From Entomortierella parvispora E1425 (Eukaryota > Fungi > Mortierellomycota), in NCBI GenBank assembly GCA_020891255.1, contig BQFW01000009.1:1116001-1180000 (forward strand): DNA of 64,000 nt, read 5' to 3'. A program made the position numbers and the translations under genes. The notes beneath the pieces were generated by a model. That model did not search any database. It saw only the letters and a program-made list of their open reading frames with translations, and had not been told where the DNA came from. Shown piece by piece: positions 29,152-41,824 of the stretch. Position 1 is the stretch's first letter, and each line of letters begins with the position of its first letter.

Positions 29152-29594
29152 AAAGGCCGTCTAAAGGGTGTGTATGTCTGGTATTGCGTTCCTTCTGCTG
29201 CAGGAAGTGGTAATACCAACAGGTACGTATTCCTCCACTGCACACATCGGCCCAGGATCTCTATGAGAAGCCACCAACCGCAAAGGATGTGTCGTACCTC
29301 TTCCTCGTTCATTTCTTTTCTATTTTCCCCTTATCACTCCTTGAGGTATGACCATCTGGCTCGTGCGCACTTGGGTTTGACCGCCAGCCAGGGTACTGGA
29401 CGTCTAGATGGGAGGCTATCCTTGTTTCCATGTTCGCTGTGTTCCCCTCTGTTGTGTACTCGAACTCTTATCTTTGATGTTAGCCGCAGTCTGTTCAACA
29501 TATGGTTGTCAGAAGTGGAAGGTACTGACGAAGATATTCTTATATTAGATACCATTGCGTGGAAACTGGGTGTCTCTACACATTGCCGTCCATC

Positions 29595-31607
29595 ATGCCC
29601 GTTGAGTTCGGAGATTGCTTGAAGCAAACGTTGAGGCTTCCTATTCCACCCACCCCAGCTACCTTTTCGAGAAAATACGAGTATACCAGCAAGCAAGAAG
29701 CTGGCGCTGCGTACTGTAGGATTTTCCAACAGGCCTTAAGGCAGGACGAAACCAAGAAAAAAGGACAAAAGATGCAGGCATTATGGGATGATAAGAAGCA
29801 TAGGGACGACTTTGACACTTTCTGGAGCATTAAGTCGACCAAGGTCAAGAAATCCATTGATGCGATTGACGTAAAGTGTTTTGTTGCTATTTCAGGCCGA
29901 GATTGTACCAAGGTACCGACCACTCACTGCTTTGCTCCTCGAATTTTTCTATGTAGTCGACGTTTGCCATAAAGACACGCTCGATGGTTGCAGGAATGAT
30001 GGGCGGTGTTGCAAAGTCGGTTGGACAATCTGTTGTGTCGCTGAATGGTAAGTATAGAGCGACCCACTCATCTCCTTGTACTCATCTACTTGTGAACTGT
30101 ACCCATGTTTAACAGCCTATATACTCATTAACACAGATTTATCGCCATCACGATCGGAGCAAGCAACGTTTCGTAACTCTATCTCCTCGACCACTACAGA
30201 GGCAACAGAAGCCACAGTGTCTACGACATCTTACATATACCGTTGCGAACAGGATTCAGACTTGGATGATGGCAGCAAGAGACAACGCAAGAGAATGCGA
30301 AAGCAACCGGCTCGCTGGGATGGGTCAGGATCTTTCGATCTTACGGTCAACGAAAAGTGGATACATGACACGTATGATGTATCCTCGGCACTTTTAGAGT
30401 ATACTGAACAGTACCTTGAAGTGGGAGCTGAATGCTCAGATCGTCCCTCCAAAGTGTAAGTGAAGAAGACTGTTGATTTGACACAGGTTTAGAATGATAA
30501 TACTAATGCCTCTTCCTCAGTGCAATGAATCGGATTTTCTTCTTGGAATCAGACACAACTCTGGCTTCCCACATGAGCACTACAGGAAGCTTTCTTTTCG
30601 CTCCAGTCCCCCTTCCTCATCTTGAAGTCCAAGACATCGTGGACATCTATGATATCAGCAGCGCATTTCGAGAGAAGGATTCTGCTGCGATTCAGAATTA
30701 CATCTTTTCTGAATGGGCAAAACTTCGACCTCCTTCCGACATGTTGCGACGGTTGGTAACAAACTATAGTCAGGTCGAGGCTTTGTGGACCAGACCGGAC
30801 CATCGGAACGAAGACACCTATCTGCATGACCATTTCATGCCCATTTTCAATTGTCTCCAGCATCCAGGAGTCACTCGACATTTGTAAGTCTAATTCGGCC
30901 TAATTTAATTCAACGACCGGAACAGAATTATATTGACAAATCACTACCTTCACTACCTTTCTTAGCACCAGCACATTTGGACCAAGTATGAAAAGATCTC
31001 AGGCGTTCGATCCGTCCAATGCTGGAATCAAGTCCGACTTTCATCTAGTCGCCAAAGGCGCTCATGTATTTGTGTGTGAGGGCAAGAAGCCTACCGTTGA
31101 CTCAAAATTTGATTTTGAGAAAGTCGCGTTGGAGATGAAAGACTCCATCGACGATGCAATCACCAATGGAAAACGACTCGAGAAAGTATTTGGATGCCAA
31201 GTGCAAGGTAACGTTGCAATGCACACGCGCTACAAGTGCCTCTCATATGGACAAAATTTATCAGCAGTTTTTCTCACCTTATAGGCGATCAAGGGGAGCT
31301 GTTCAGCCTGGAGCTGAAGGCGGAGTCGATCTACTTGATGCGACCCATTGGTTCATTTGTTCGGCCAAAGAACCATACGGATTTGCTCCACGTGCTTTTG
31401 AGCAACCTGGCGATCTTGAAATGGCTTTCGGTAGGGGTTGAGAAGACGAGCAGTGTTTTCTTTCTATACTTAATGGACCGTTGGTTTAACTCTCCTAGCC
31501 TTTTTCAATATGTCGTGTTGATGGACCTAGCAGGAGCTCAGTATGTCTTTCAAGTCGTTAGACCAAGATGCGCAGGGCCGGAAGACTTGGATCAGGCCTT
31601 CGTTTGA
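29595..31607 (+). CDS. Lineage-specific protein with C-terminal PD-(D/E)XK (REase-fold) nuclease-like domain
   Basis: ORFs at 29559, 30076, 30525, 30988 and 31236 splice into one frame via GT-AG introns. The C-terminal part has RNEDTYLHDHF, KSD-x13-EGK (31036-31086), DFEKVALEMKDSID, VFGCQVQG and LFSLELKAESIYLMRPIGSF. The last exon is uncertain. Confidence 0.65.
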
Positions 31608-31977
31608 GGTACCTCGAGTTTAAATTCTCAGCGGTCCTCCTAAGTCACGCAATCTACTTTTATGTTGTGCTGAAGCCTGAAAGACTAGATAACAACACGT
31701 AGTAGCTACTTCTACTTCACGCGCCAAGGATGATCGTGAGGTTGCGATGAAGGCCGTATTACCCGTAACATGGGAAAATGAGAGACTTTGCAAACAGAGC
31801 AAAAAAGAGATTTTTTACGCCATATCGGTGGTAGGAGTATATGTGTGAATGCTATAGAAAACTGTTGCCCCTGGGAAGTGCAAAATGCTATAAACAGTTG
31901 GGGCGGGCGTGTATGTGGAGGGAGAGACGGGAAGACTATCGGGAGATCGATCGGGGAGGGAAAGAGTGGAGCTCGTA

Positions 31978-34303
31978 TTAAACTGCAGCAGCCGTGTCCT
32001 TGGACCGCCGTTGCTTCTCTTCCTGAGCATATCGCTTGGAGAATTTCTGCTGGAGGATCTTATTAGTGCCTCGGTTCTCGACCTGAGGGAGGAAAGTGAG
32101 CTGGGGTCGGTAAGATGTTCCTTCAATGATGGCGTTGTCCCTCACGCCTTGAGGGGCCAAGTTGAAAGTGATGTATCGCAAGCACTTGTCGAACAAAGAC
32201 TATGTGTAGAAGGTCAAAAGAAAAAAAAAGTGTCTGTCAGCTTCATCTCTCTCTCTCTCTCTCCCTCGCTCTCTCTCCGTGGTCTTGTTTGATCCATGTT
32301 GTTGATACGTACGTTTCCCATGAGAATTCTGGCGTTCCTCTTGCTTCGAGCATACATGGCCTTCACATGTGGCATGCGTTCGGCCTTGTATTCATCCAGG
32401 GCTTTGCTGATTGTCTCTGGAGTGACTGAGGTAAGCTCATAGAGGCAATTTGCCAAAACAACAGCATCCAACATTGCACAAACGGGTCCCTGTCCAGAGC
32501 TGGGAAGCATCCTGTGAGCAGCTAATAGCGCACCAAAAAAAGAGATGTCAATGGTTACGGCTTTGCCTTTTTTTTTGTCAGATTTGTGTTCAGCGATCGA
32601 TTGCGCAAGCTGAACGCGGGCAGGCGGCGGCGGCGGCGGTGGGGCGGGGGCGCGATGAGTTGGATGCTTACCATCTCCCATCAAGACCGTGTGTCCATAG
32701 TTCCAAGTCTCGTAGAGTCGATCTTCCAAAAAGACCTTGGACATTTGTTCTTTGGGCGTGGCATTGATCAAACCTCCCAGTGTGGAGCCGCAGGCGACTC
32801 TAAAGTCCTTGACGATCTTGATCATGTCGTCGCAGTTTTCGGGGGCCCATTCTGAATTGGGGCGCTTGACTTCTTCTGTTTTGGCGGGCCTGGGTTCCTT
32901 GGAGATCACAGCCCAGGCGATTCGATTGTCGGTGATGTTGAATGTAGTCCACTATTCAGTATTTTTTTTTGTTTACCCGCCAGTAAAAAAAAAAAAAGAA
33001 AAAAGAAAAAAAGACAGAGCATCGGGAGCAATGGTAGAAAGAACGGAGGAATGATGGGTGAGTTATATGATTCAATTTCAGTGATCCGATGTCCGCGCGG
33101 TCTAGTTGGCGGGCTCAAACGGCAGGGAGGGAAGGGGCAAAAAAACAACATGTGCCCGTGGAGGTGTCGGTTCATAAAATTTTGTGTTCTCCCGATTCAC
33201 TTACGGTGTAGCGGATCTTTTTGGACTTTTCGCCCAACATGTGGTGGTACACACTCTCGTCGCTGGTCACAATGGGAAACTTCTCAGGGTCCAGATTGTC
33301 CGTGGTGCCAGCCAGGCATGCGTAGCCTCTCCTCTCTGGGTCTTCAGCAGAATCCGTGGCTGGCAAAAGGTTCTGACTCTCCAAGCTCTCATACAGGGAC
33401 CGTCGGACGGCCGAGAAGGCCCCGTCGGCGCCCACGAGAACGTCTCCATGGTAGGTTGTATGATCTTCGCATCGGATCATGACGTCCTCCCGGTTTTGCT
33501 GCATGGACTCGATCTTCTTGCCCAGATGGATCTTTTCTTCGGGGATCTTGGATAGAAGCAGGTCATATAGATCGGGACGAGACAGGATCATGTAATCATA
33601 GCCGATACTATAGCGTTTGTTCAGGGGGACGGAGGAAGAAGACACAAAAAAAATATAACCAACGATCTAACGGTCAGTGCTCTCCCTAAAAAAGGACCAA
33701 TTGGCTCCAGCAATAAAAGAAAACAACAACAGCATGGTCTGGCCATTACGTTTCCGTGGCATGGATCGTGTGCAGTGTGGCTACTTTTCTTAGATCGCTA
33801 TCCAAGTAGTTGTTGCCCATACAAGGCAGGGCCATGGCCTTCAGCTCTTCATAAAGGCCCAATTGCTCAAAAGTTGGTAGGATGTTAGCACCCAAAGAGA
33901 TGACCGATCCTAAAAATATGAATGATAAGCGTGAGCGGTTGTTTCGAAAAGAAAAACAGATACGAAAATAGGAAGGGAGGGAGAGGGGAACAGAAGGAGG
34001 AAGGGGGTATCAAGCGTTTGTCGTTACTGTCGCGTGGGAGTGGGGTCGAGTGGAATGGGTTGCAAGTCCCTTCTTTCTTTGAGGGAAGAAAAGAAATACA
34101 GTCTTTGAAAGCACCCCAGAATCAATTTTCTTACCCACAGGACGGACATCCTCGGCCTGTTCAAAGATCTGGTATGGGATACCGGCCCGTTCCAAGAGAA
34201 GAGCGAAGAACAGTCCTCCAATACCCGCGCCGGCGATGAGGACATGGGGAGTCTTGCCATCGTGTTGTGGTGGTGGCTGAGATGGGTAGTAGGACAAGTG
34301 CAT
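31978..34303 (-). CDS. FAD-dependent monooxygenase (FAD_binding_3 / group A flavoprotein hydroxylase)
   Basis: VLIAGAGIGG (Rossmann GxGxxG), VLVGADGAFSAVRR (DG motif), TVLMGDAAHRMLPSSGQG (GD motif) and YRPQLTFLP across six exons. Stop TAA at 31978. Confidence 0.92.
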
Positions 34304-35955
34304 GAGGATATGGGGGGTCATGGTTGTAAAAAGAGCTTTGAACGAAGATGGTATGAGAAAAACGAGGGAGGGAGAAGGAGCAAGGTGTTGCTTCTATAGC
34401 TGATTGAAGGAAGAGTGTGGGAAGAAGAAAGAGAGAGAGCTGAAGAGAGAAGCTGGAAAAAGAGCGAGGCGACGGGAGTATATAAGAGAAAAGTCAAAAA
34501 GGGCAAGGGGCGTGTGCCAGTGCGAAAGGCGTTGCGAGGACAATGTCCTCCTCCCTGCTCCTCCATCGGACTCGGGAGAACAAAGGGGAGCCAACAAACA
34601 TGGCAAGGAAATCTGGCCAAATTCAAAGCGTACAGCTTGGAGGCTCAAGAAAAGGAAAGGGAAAAATGGTAACCAAAAGGGGTCCAAACGTATTCATTGA
34701 CATCAATTGAGCACCTGCTCTTGTGCATTGCATCGAGCACCAAAGGCAAAAAAAAAAAAAAGGCCAATTGCACAAAATTCAACGCGATTGGAGAAGAGAC
34801 ACACTTTCTCCACTAGGGTAAACTGGGAGGGGGTAAGAACAAAAGAACAAACACGACTGTAGATCGACGAACAGGGGGATGGCAACACAAGGATTTGTAA
34901 GGGTAGCCAGGATTCTTGAGCGCAAACCGTCTTGCTGTGTCGGTCTTCCAAAAGTGTTTGCCGAGATGCACCTTTGTGATCAGTGGGGTACAAATGACGT
35001 CCTAACTCGACTCTCGGACTTGACAACACGCGAAGAAACCACTTCTTTACTGGAGCTCTTTCCCCCTTTCCACTATTCTGGTGTTGTCTTGTTGACAAAA
35101 AGCAGTTTGTGCCCCCTTGACTCTTCTCATTCCGCACAGGAAAAAACACACTTGACCAGCAGTCGTTCTTGGCTGGAGCCGCTCTCGAATCAAACCTGTG
35201 CGTCGCGCTTTCTGTTTGGTTTGATTACGTTTTCCTTCGTCCTCTGTTTGTTCCTTGGGCGACGCCTCTGGTGTCATTTGTGTTCAGATGTTCAGATCTC
35301 TCTCTCCCAGCATTACGCCCTCTCCAGCAGAGAAGGCAAAGTAGCTGAACAAGCATTGCAACCAGCTCGGGCCAACTCACTGTGTCACAGCTGAACTGGC
35401 CATCCGCCCTTTTTTTGGGCCTTTTCAGGCCATGGCAAGGAGACAGGGCAAAAATGAAATGCGTCATGACCCACAGGGTTGGACCAAGTTCATTGTTACT
35501 TTGTTGATGTTGGTGCAACCATAAAATAAAAATTGTCGCTTCTGCTCTTCGTAGTCGAGTTTGGCATACCCCTTTCCCATCCAGAACTGATTCCACGCCA
35601 CTCTTTTTTCCAAGTTCAAAGTGGATTGCACGCAATTGCACATGCTCCCCTTCGGTGAGATCATGAACAATGTCCTGCCGTCATTCTCTGCAAGGTTATG
35701 AAATCATGTCCTACCAGAGGTCAGAGTTTTCGGGTCTAGCTAGTTTCCACCCTTTTTTTTCTTTTGATTGTTGACGCGTCAAACTATCTGGGGTGTTCAG
35801 GAGCAGTACATGTGCAAGGATACCATGCACACAGAACAGATCCGAAAGGATGTCCAAAAAAACCTGCAGGCCTCAAGGGGGTATTTATTTACATTATGAT
35901 ATTTACAATCGTATAGGAAATCCTAGGTATCGTTGGGGGAAAGGGGCAAAGTGTT

Positions 35956-38088
35956 TTACATATATCCAGCCATCTTTTTGATAGTGATAGTGGTCGACAG
36001 GATCATAACAAACACTCCAAAAACCAGAAGCACGCCGGCGCCAATATCCAGCCAGAGCTCTGTCTCCCCCTTCTTTCTATTAGCATGTTTCCTCCTAGCA
36101 CGACGGCGAGATCCACCATGCTCATCACCTGCGAGCCCGCCCGATTCAGTCGAGGTGATCGAGGACGACGGAGACAAGGTGCTAAAGTGAGACGGGTGAT
36201 GGACTGAGGCCGTGCCGCCATAAGAGGCCGGCCGGAGGTGGTCGCCCGTCGCAGTCAATATAGGTGTTGTTTCATGAAGAGGATGCTGGCTGTGTTCGCT
36301 GGCCGAGAGAATGGCCCGTTCCTTTCTTTTCCTGGAACGTCTTTGCTCAGCCGATTCCAAAAGCGCCTTGTTCTTCTTTTGACCTTCAACATCTCCAATG
36401 GCATGCTCAGCCAAGTCGTCCTCATCTTCCTCGTTCTCATCTGAATCTTCGTCTTCCAAGCAACCCTGTCCATGCTCATCCTCGTCCAGAAGGCTGTTGC
36501 AACGAGCTGGCTTTTTCCAAAAGATCAGGAAATAGCAGAGCGCTGGGAAGATGTAGGCAAGAGACGTCGAGCAGAATCCACCAATGAGTTGATACAGCAG
36601 TCCGAGATCCGAAATAAAGACTCCGCAGGCGAGAATCGGGAGGAAGAGTCCTATGGTAGTGTAGAGATGTTCCTTGTCCGTGGGTTCCAAATGGTTGTTT
36701 TCATGACCCAAGACCTTGTGCAGAGCGGCACGAGCAGGGTAGAACTATGTACCATACAATAGTTAAAAGTCATATTAGTCTTCGTCAGTGGATTGCCACA
36801 GGACAGCCAAGAAAAAAAAAAAAAAAAGGAAAACTCACCGCCTGGGGGAAGGTCAAAAACATGGAGAATCCCAACAGTCCTCGTCCGTAGTTGATCAATT
36901 CATCCGTGAGCGGGAACGAGTTGAAAATGTTGGGTTGGATATCTTCGCCAAACGCAATGAATCCAATGATTGCAAAGACGAACGAGATCAACCACGACAA
37001 GGACACGGCAATACCCGTCGCCTGACCCCAATGTCTCCTCGTTGGCTTGGCCATAGTCGTAAAGTTCAAAAAGGCCGTTTGGGTTGAGAGCATCGCAAAG
37101 GCCATGACACCAATGGCTGGAAAGACGTTATTGCCGATAAAGTCATAGGATCGCTTGTGATCTGGAGCATAGTGGAAGACTCGGATAGCAACCACGAACA
37201 AGATGGGTGGCAGACACATCACAGACACGATAGAAACCTTGGCGAGGGATCCGATGGATCTGTAAAACAACAAGGGAAGGATAAAAATCAAGGACGAGAC
37301 GAAGATGATCCACCGGCGCTCAAACTCGAAACCAAGAAGGTCCAGGATAATTGGAATGGTGTCTCCGACCACGATCATATAGGTGATGCAAGCTCCAGCA
37401 GACTGGAAAAAAATGACACCGTTCAACATGTAGAATCCTGCGTTGCCCATAGTAGCTGCAAAGAAGACAGTACAAATAACAGGCAGAATGAGAGGCTGAA
37501 ATCAGATACCAAAGAAGCAGGCGATAAAAGCAGTTCCATACCTTCACAGAGCATGGCATACTTGTAGACGCCAATCTTTTGACCCGAGATGATGAGAATA
37601 TACAAAGCCAACCAGCACAAGATAGCGACAATGACTGAGAGAACGATGCCCAATCCGAATCCACTCTCTCTGAGGTATGGTTAATAGTTCATAGCAGGGA
37701 GAGAGGTGGAGGCTGTTAGATATTACTGTTACAGAGTAGTATGAGCAATTGAGCTCGTGTTTGTGATGGTCCATGCAATCTCCAGAAGGTTGCTTACTTG
37801 ATAGCAAAAGAGAGCGCGAGGATGCCGGATCCGACTGTACAGTTGAGGATGTTGAAAGAAACTATTCACAGCAAAAAAAAGGGCCCAAGCTGTCAGCAAA
37901 GATAACAGTGATAGCACTTGTGCGCAGCGAGCGCTTCCTTCCTTCTTTTGTCGTAAGCGACAAGCGAGATGCAGCAAGGGGGCATGAGATATGAAGGGAG
38001 ATAGGGCTGAGGGTGCTACGAAGGATGGCGAGCTCTCCTGCCGGTATGGCTCATATTTCAAAGTTCCCATCAAGGCGATCGTGTCCAT
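35956..38088 (-). CDS. Amino-acid transporter, Aa_trans (SLC38/AVT2-like); 5' end uncertain
   Basis: FNILNCTVGSGILALSFAIKESGFGLG, YMIVVGDTI, AIGVMAFAM, FLTFPQAFYPARAAL and IGGFCSTSLAYIFPALCY, with multiple TM helices. First-exon junction not resolved; possible upstream exons extend to about 38400. Confidence 0.85.
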
Positions 38089-39700
38089 GTGCCTGAGAGC
38101 AGAAGATTGCCGGCCTGTGGTTGGTCAACTGTTTGAAGAGGTTGATGTCGCAACCGATGCTGGAGCTGTTGCAGCTATGATTCGACCCTGTCATCCCTCA
38201 CAAAGGCGTCACTCTTGTCCATGTAGCCCCCCTCTTGCCCGGTAGCACTGTCAGTACTGCTCCGGAAGGTCCTGCTAGCAAGCTGTTTATGTGCGTTTAT
38301 GTGCAAGTCGTTGTACCTTCGAGAACGGAGCATTTCCCGGCTCCGAGCTGTTGATTCGAGTCGGATCTGACGGGGGGACGGGAAGTCGGCCGTGTCATGG
38401 TAGGTATGCCTGCACCGCAGCCGGGTATAAACAATCAAGTGTTTGGTATAAAGGGTGCTATCTAGAGAGGGCGATAAGGACAATGCAAAGCGGCAAGGAA
38501 AGGGAGAGGGAGTGGAGGAGGGTCGGTAATGGTCTAGTTGGTTCTCTGCGTGTCTTGTCCAGGCCAATTTTTCTTGTCTGGAGGGCAGAGGTGAACGAGT
38601 GCGAGTGGAGGAGAGGAAAAGTAATTACGAACGATGGAAAAGGAGGAAAGAAAGAGATGGAAAAAAAAGGACGGACAGAAAAACGCAGAAAACGAGAACG
38701 AGAGAATGAATTATGAGTCGTGTTCAGCAGACACACCACGGCTCAGATCACGTCTTTGTCTGCTGCCGATCTCGTCAATCCACCCGTCTCCTTTATTCGC
38801 TCGCCGCATGGGTCCACACCTTGGCCGGCCCTCTTTCTCCCTGCTGAGTCCTCCCACTCGTTTCGTTTTTCTTCCCGTCTCGCTCTATCTCTCTCACTCG
38901 ACAGCTATTTCTGGCAGACAATCGCTTTCCGGCCGTCTGCCCTTGTCCCCATGGTCACCGCATGGTCACTCCTTCATTAGTGCCTGCAGCCGCCGTCGTC
39001 TCTCCCTTGCTCTTTGGTCCGAAGCCGATGGGCAGCATGCTCGCTCATATTTTAATTGTTGCATCATAGCCGATGGCGCACTGCCATTTCCACCAGCATT
39101 TATGACACAGCTATGTCCTTCTGACGGGTGTCCCGGGATCTCGGCTTATACTCTCATTTTACCTACTGTTGCGTTGCACCAATGAGTCCCAAGAGCTACC
39201 CGACGGGAGAGAACGAGGATATCAGATCTCGTTCTTGATGTCAGATGTGTCGCTTCAGTAGCAAGATCGCAGGTCTCCACGCACCCTAAAACTCCATCGT
39301 TCCGGCTGAATCCGATGGGCCTGTTGAGATCCTCAACCAGCAGTTCCGAGCAGGAGTCGTCTGGTGCTTTTCCTTTTTTTTTGTGCCCACCCCGCCCACA
39401 CTTTGTTGCGTCTTCCTCTCTTGGTGTCTTCTGGTATCTGTCCACCTCTCTCGCTTGAAGCTCTCCTTAAATTTGGGAACAATGCTCGTGTTCGGCACGG
39501 GGGAGGGACACACAGCCCCCTGTTGGCCTTCAGTCTCGAGATCATTTTGTGTTTTATGACTTTTTTGTGCTCCTTTATTCTTTGCTGCACACACGCGACA
39601 CAGCAATGCTGAGGGAGGGGGATCCAATGTTATTTATGTTTGGTCTTTTGGGAGGGGTCCCTAGACGATCTCTCACCCCCCCCTACCCCGACCCTTTTCT

Positions 39701-40907
39701 TCAAGCACTAGCAATCTCAACATTGACCTTTCCTTGGAAGGCACCGTTCAAAAGGTCGACATAAATCTGGGGAAGACCTGCAACGTCGGATTTCTTGACC
39801 ACCTGAGTGTACTTGATCATGCCCTCCTTGACCAAAGGAGTCCATTCCTTCCAGAACTGGGGGAATCCATCATAGCGATCAAAGACAATATATCCCTCAT
39901 AGCGCAATTGCTTGAACAAGATGTTGACCAGGTTCTTGGGTGCATGGGGTTCCTTGTTCTGATGACCCGCCAACAGGCCGATAAAGATGATACGTCCTCG
40001 GGGGTTCAAGAGGTCCAGAGCAATCTCGACCGTATCATCAGCTACCAAATCGTAGTAGATGTCAAGTCCACCCTCCCCAACAAGCTCAGTCAGGGCTGCA
40101 CGCTTGTCGGGAACGGTCTTGTAATTAAAGGCGCCATCAAAGCCAAGCTCGTTCTTGAGGTAGGCCACCTTTTCGTCCGTACCAGCAGAGCCAAAGACGC
40201 GGAGGCCTTTTCGTTTGGCCATCTGACCAGCAAGTTGACCCAGGGTTCTGTTAAAAATGGTAGAGAGGATGTCGAGAGGGAATGTTGTTAGCATAGTGAA
40301 GACGAAAAAACGAAAAAAATGTTCAAATCACACGTACCCAGCGGCACTGGAGATGTAGATGGTTTCTCCCTTCTTGAGATCGCCGACCGAGTTCAATGAG
40401 TCGTACACGGTGTAGCCAGGGACTCCCAAGACACCGTTCCAGGCGTAGAGGGGGATTTCAGGGTCAATGACTTCATCCAAAACGTGAACATCATTCAAGT
40501 ACTCATCTCCCTGGATGTGGCTGTGTTCAGCCCAATGGGTCGGGGCAAAGACGGTGGCACCCACTGGGACAGCTGGGTTTTTGGACTCGATGACTTTGGC
40601 AATCGAGAAGCCAACCACGGAGCTTTCGGTCTGTCCCTCAGAGAACTCGTGTCGGATGTCTAAAACAAAATGAAAGAAAATACGGAGTCAGCCTTCAGTA
40701 TGGCATTTCAACAATAAAGGCTGCTAGATAGTATCAATTACAAGGATCCAAAGAGAAGATAAGATTCTTCACATAGATCTCCCTCTCTTGGAGGACGGGG
40801 GATTCGACCTCAGTCACGGTTCGGAAATGAGAGACGTTGGGTGCGACTCCCTCGGGGATCTGGGAGATGAGCACGCGAGTGTTGTGGTACTTGTTGATGG
40901 CAGACAT
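39701..40907 (-). CDS. NADP-dependent alkenal/one (prostaglandin) reductase, MDR family
   Basis: Three exons: IYVKNLIFSLDPYIR, GVLGVPGYTVY, GETIYISSAAGTLGQLAGQMAK...VFGSAGTDEKVAYLKNELGFDGAFNYK, GLDIYYDLV and NPRGRIIFIG. Confidence 0.9.
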
Positions 40908-41025
40908 TGTATGAAAGAGTGAAGTGTGAGGTGAGAGTTGGAGGCGCTGTTTGTTTTGCGAGGAGAGAGGTTCTCGAGGTTGTTGCTTCGGTTGATGAGT
41001 TGCTACTGAAGATCGGGGCATGTCC

Positions 41026-41032
41026 TTTTATA
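41026..41032 (-). promoter_or_regulatory. TATA-like element upstream of the enone reductase
   Basis: Minus-strand TATAAAA about 120 nt upstream of ATG 40907. Confidence 0.45.
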
Positions 41033-41824
41033 CAGGCACGGATCGAGCAACTGAACGCCGAACGAAGTGATTTCAAATACCCTACTTTCCATGGTGTTCT
41101 TGTTCCCCTATGGGTGGAGGAAGGTTGCATCAAAGCCAATTGGCGTCGCTTGTCCTTGACTCGCCCTCCTTCCCGCGGCACGAACGGGAAACAAAATGAA
41201 GGTAGCAGTGCGACACGTCCCCGCCACAGAGAGGCAACCCTATCAGTTTTCTATCTGGCTCTTGGCTCATGACGCGATGCGCAGACACGCTCCACTTTTT
41301 TTTGTTGACAAATTCAAGCAATGGAATTTTTTGTTCCACGAGGCTCTCTTGGCAAGCACTGAAGGAGAGACCTGAGCGGGCTTCTGTAACTGTACCGAGG
41401 TTTAACTGTCTCTGTCTCTGTTCCAGATAAGCATGAAAGCACAGACGCAACAACTCGAACGCACGCCGTTCATTTACCTGCTGCGGGAATTAAACAATCT
41501 CTCGTTTCTTTTATTGGTGCTGCCATGCAAAAAAGAAGGACTGATCGAGGCTGTGGAATATTTCTTATGGTGTTCGTGCAGGCAGGACGCGTGTCTTGCA
41601 ACTTCCCCCTCTGCATGGTGAATTCCGGGGTCTATGCTCGATTTTGTGGTCTATGCTCGATTTTGTCCTGCCTTCCCCTTTCTCCGCCTTCTTGGGTGGC
41701 CATCGCTGCATCCTCTGAATTTCATTTCTGTTCTTGGCCATGTTTTGTTTCACATTTTTGATGCATTAATAATAGGGCGTACACTGTCTACCATGTTCTA
41801 TGAATGTGCCTTCAGAGTATTCTT

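Noticed and set aside
34700-35950. Short ORFs of 68-171 aa in the monooxygenase-transporter intergenic region
   Set aside because: No recognisable motif or consistent exon chain.
39146-39445. 99-aa minus-strand ORF and protein-like plus-strand fragments
   Set aside because: It might be a relic, but there is no family signature or splice support, so it is too weak to call.
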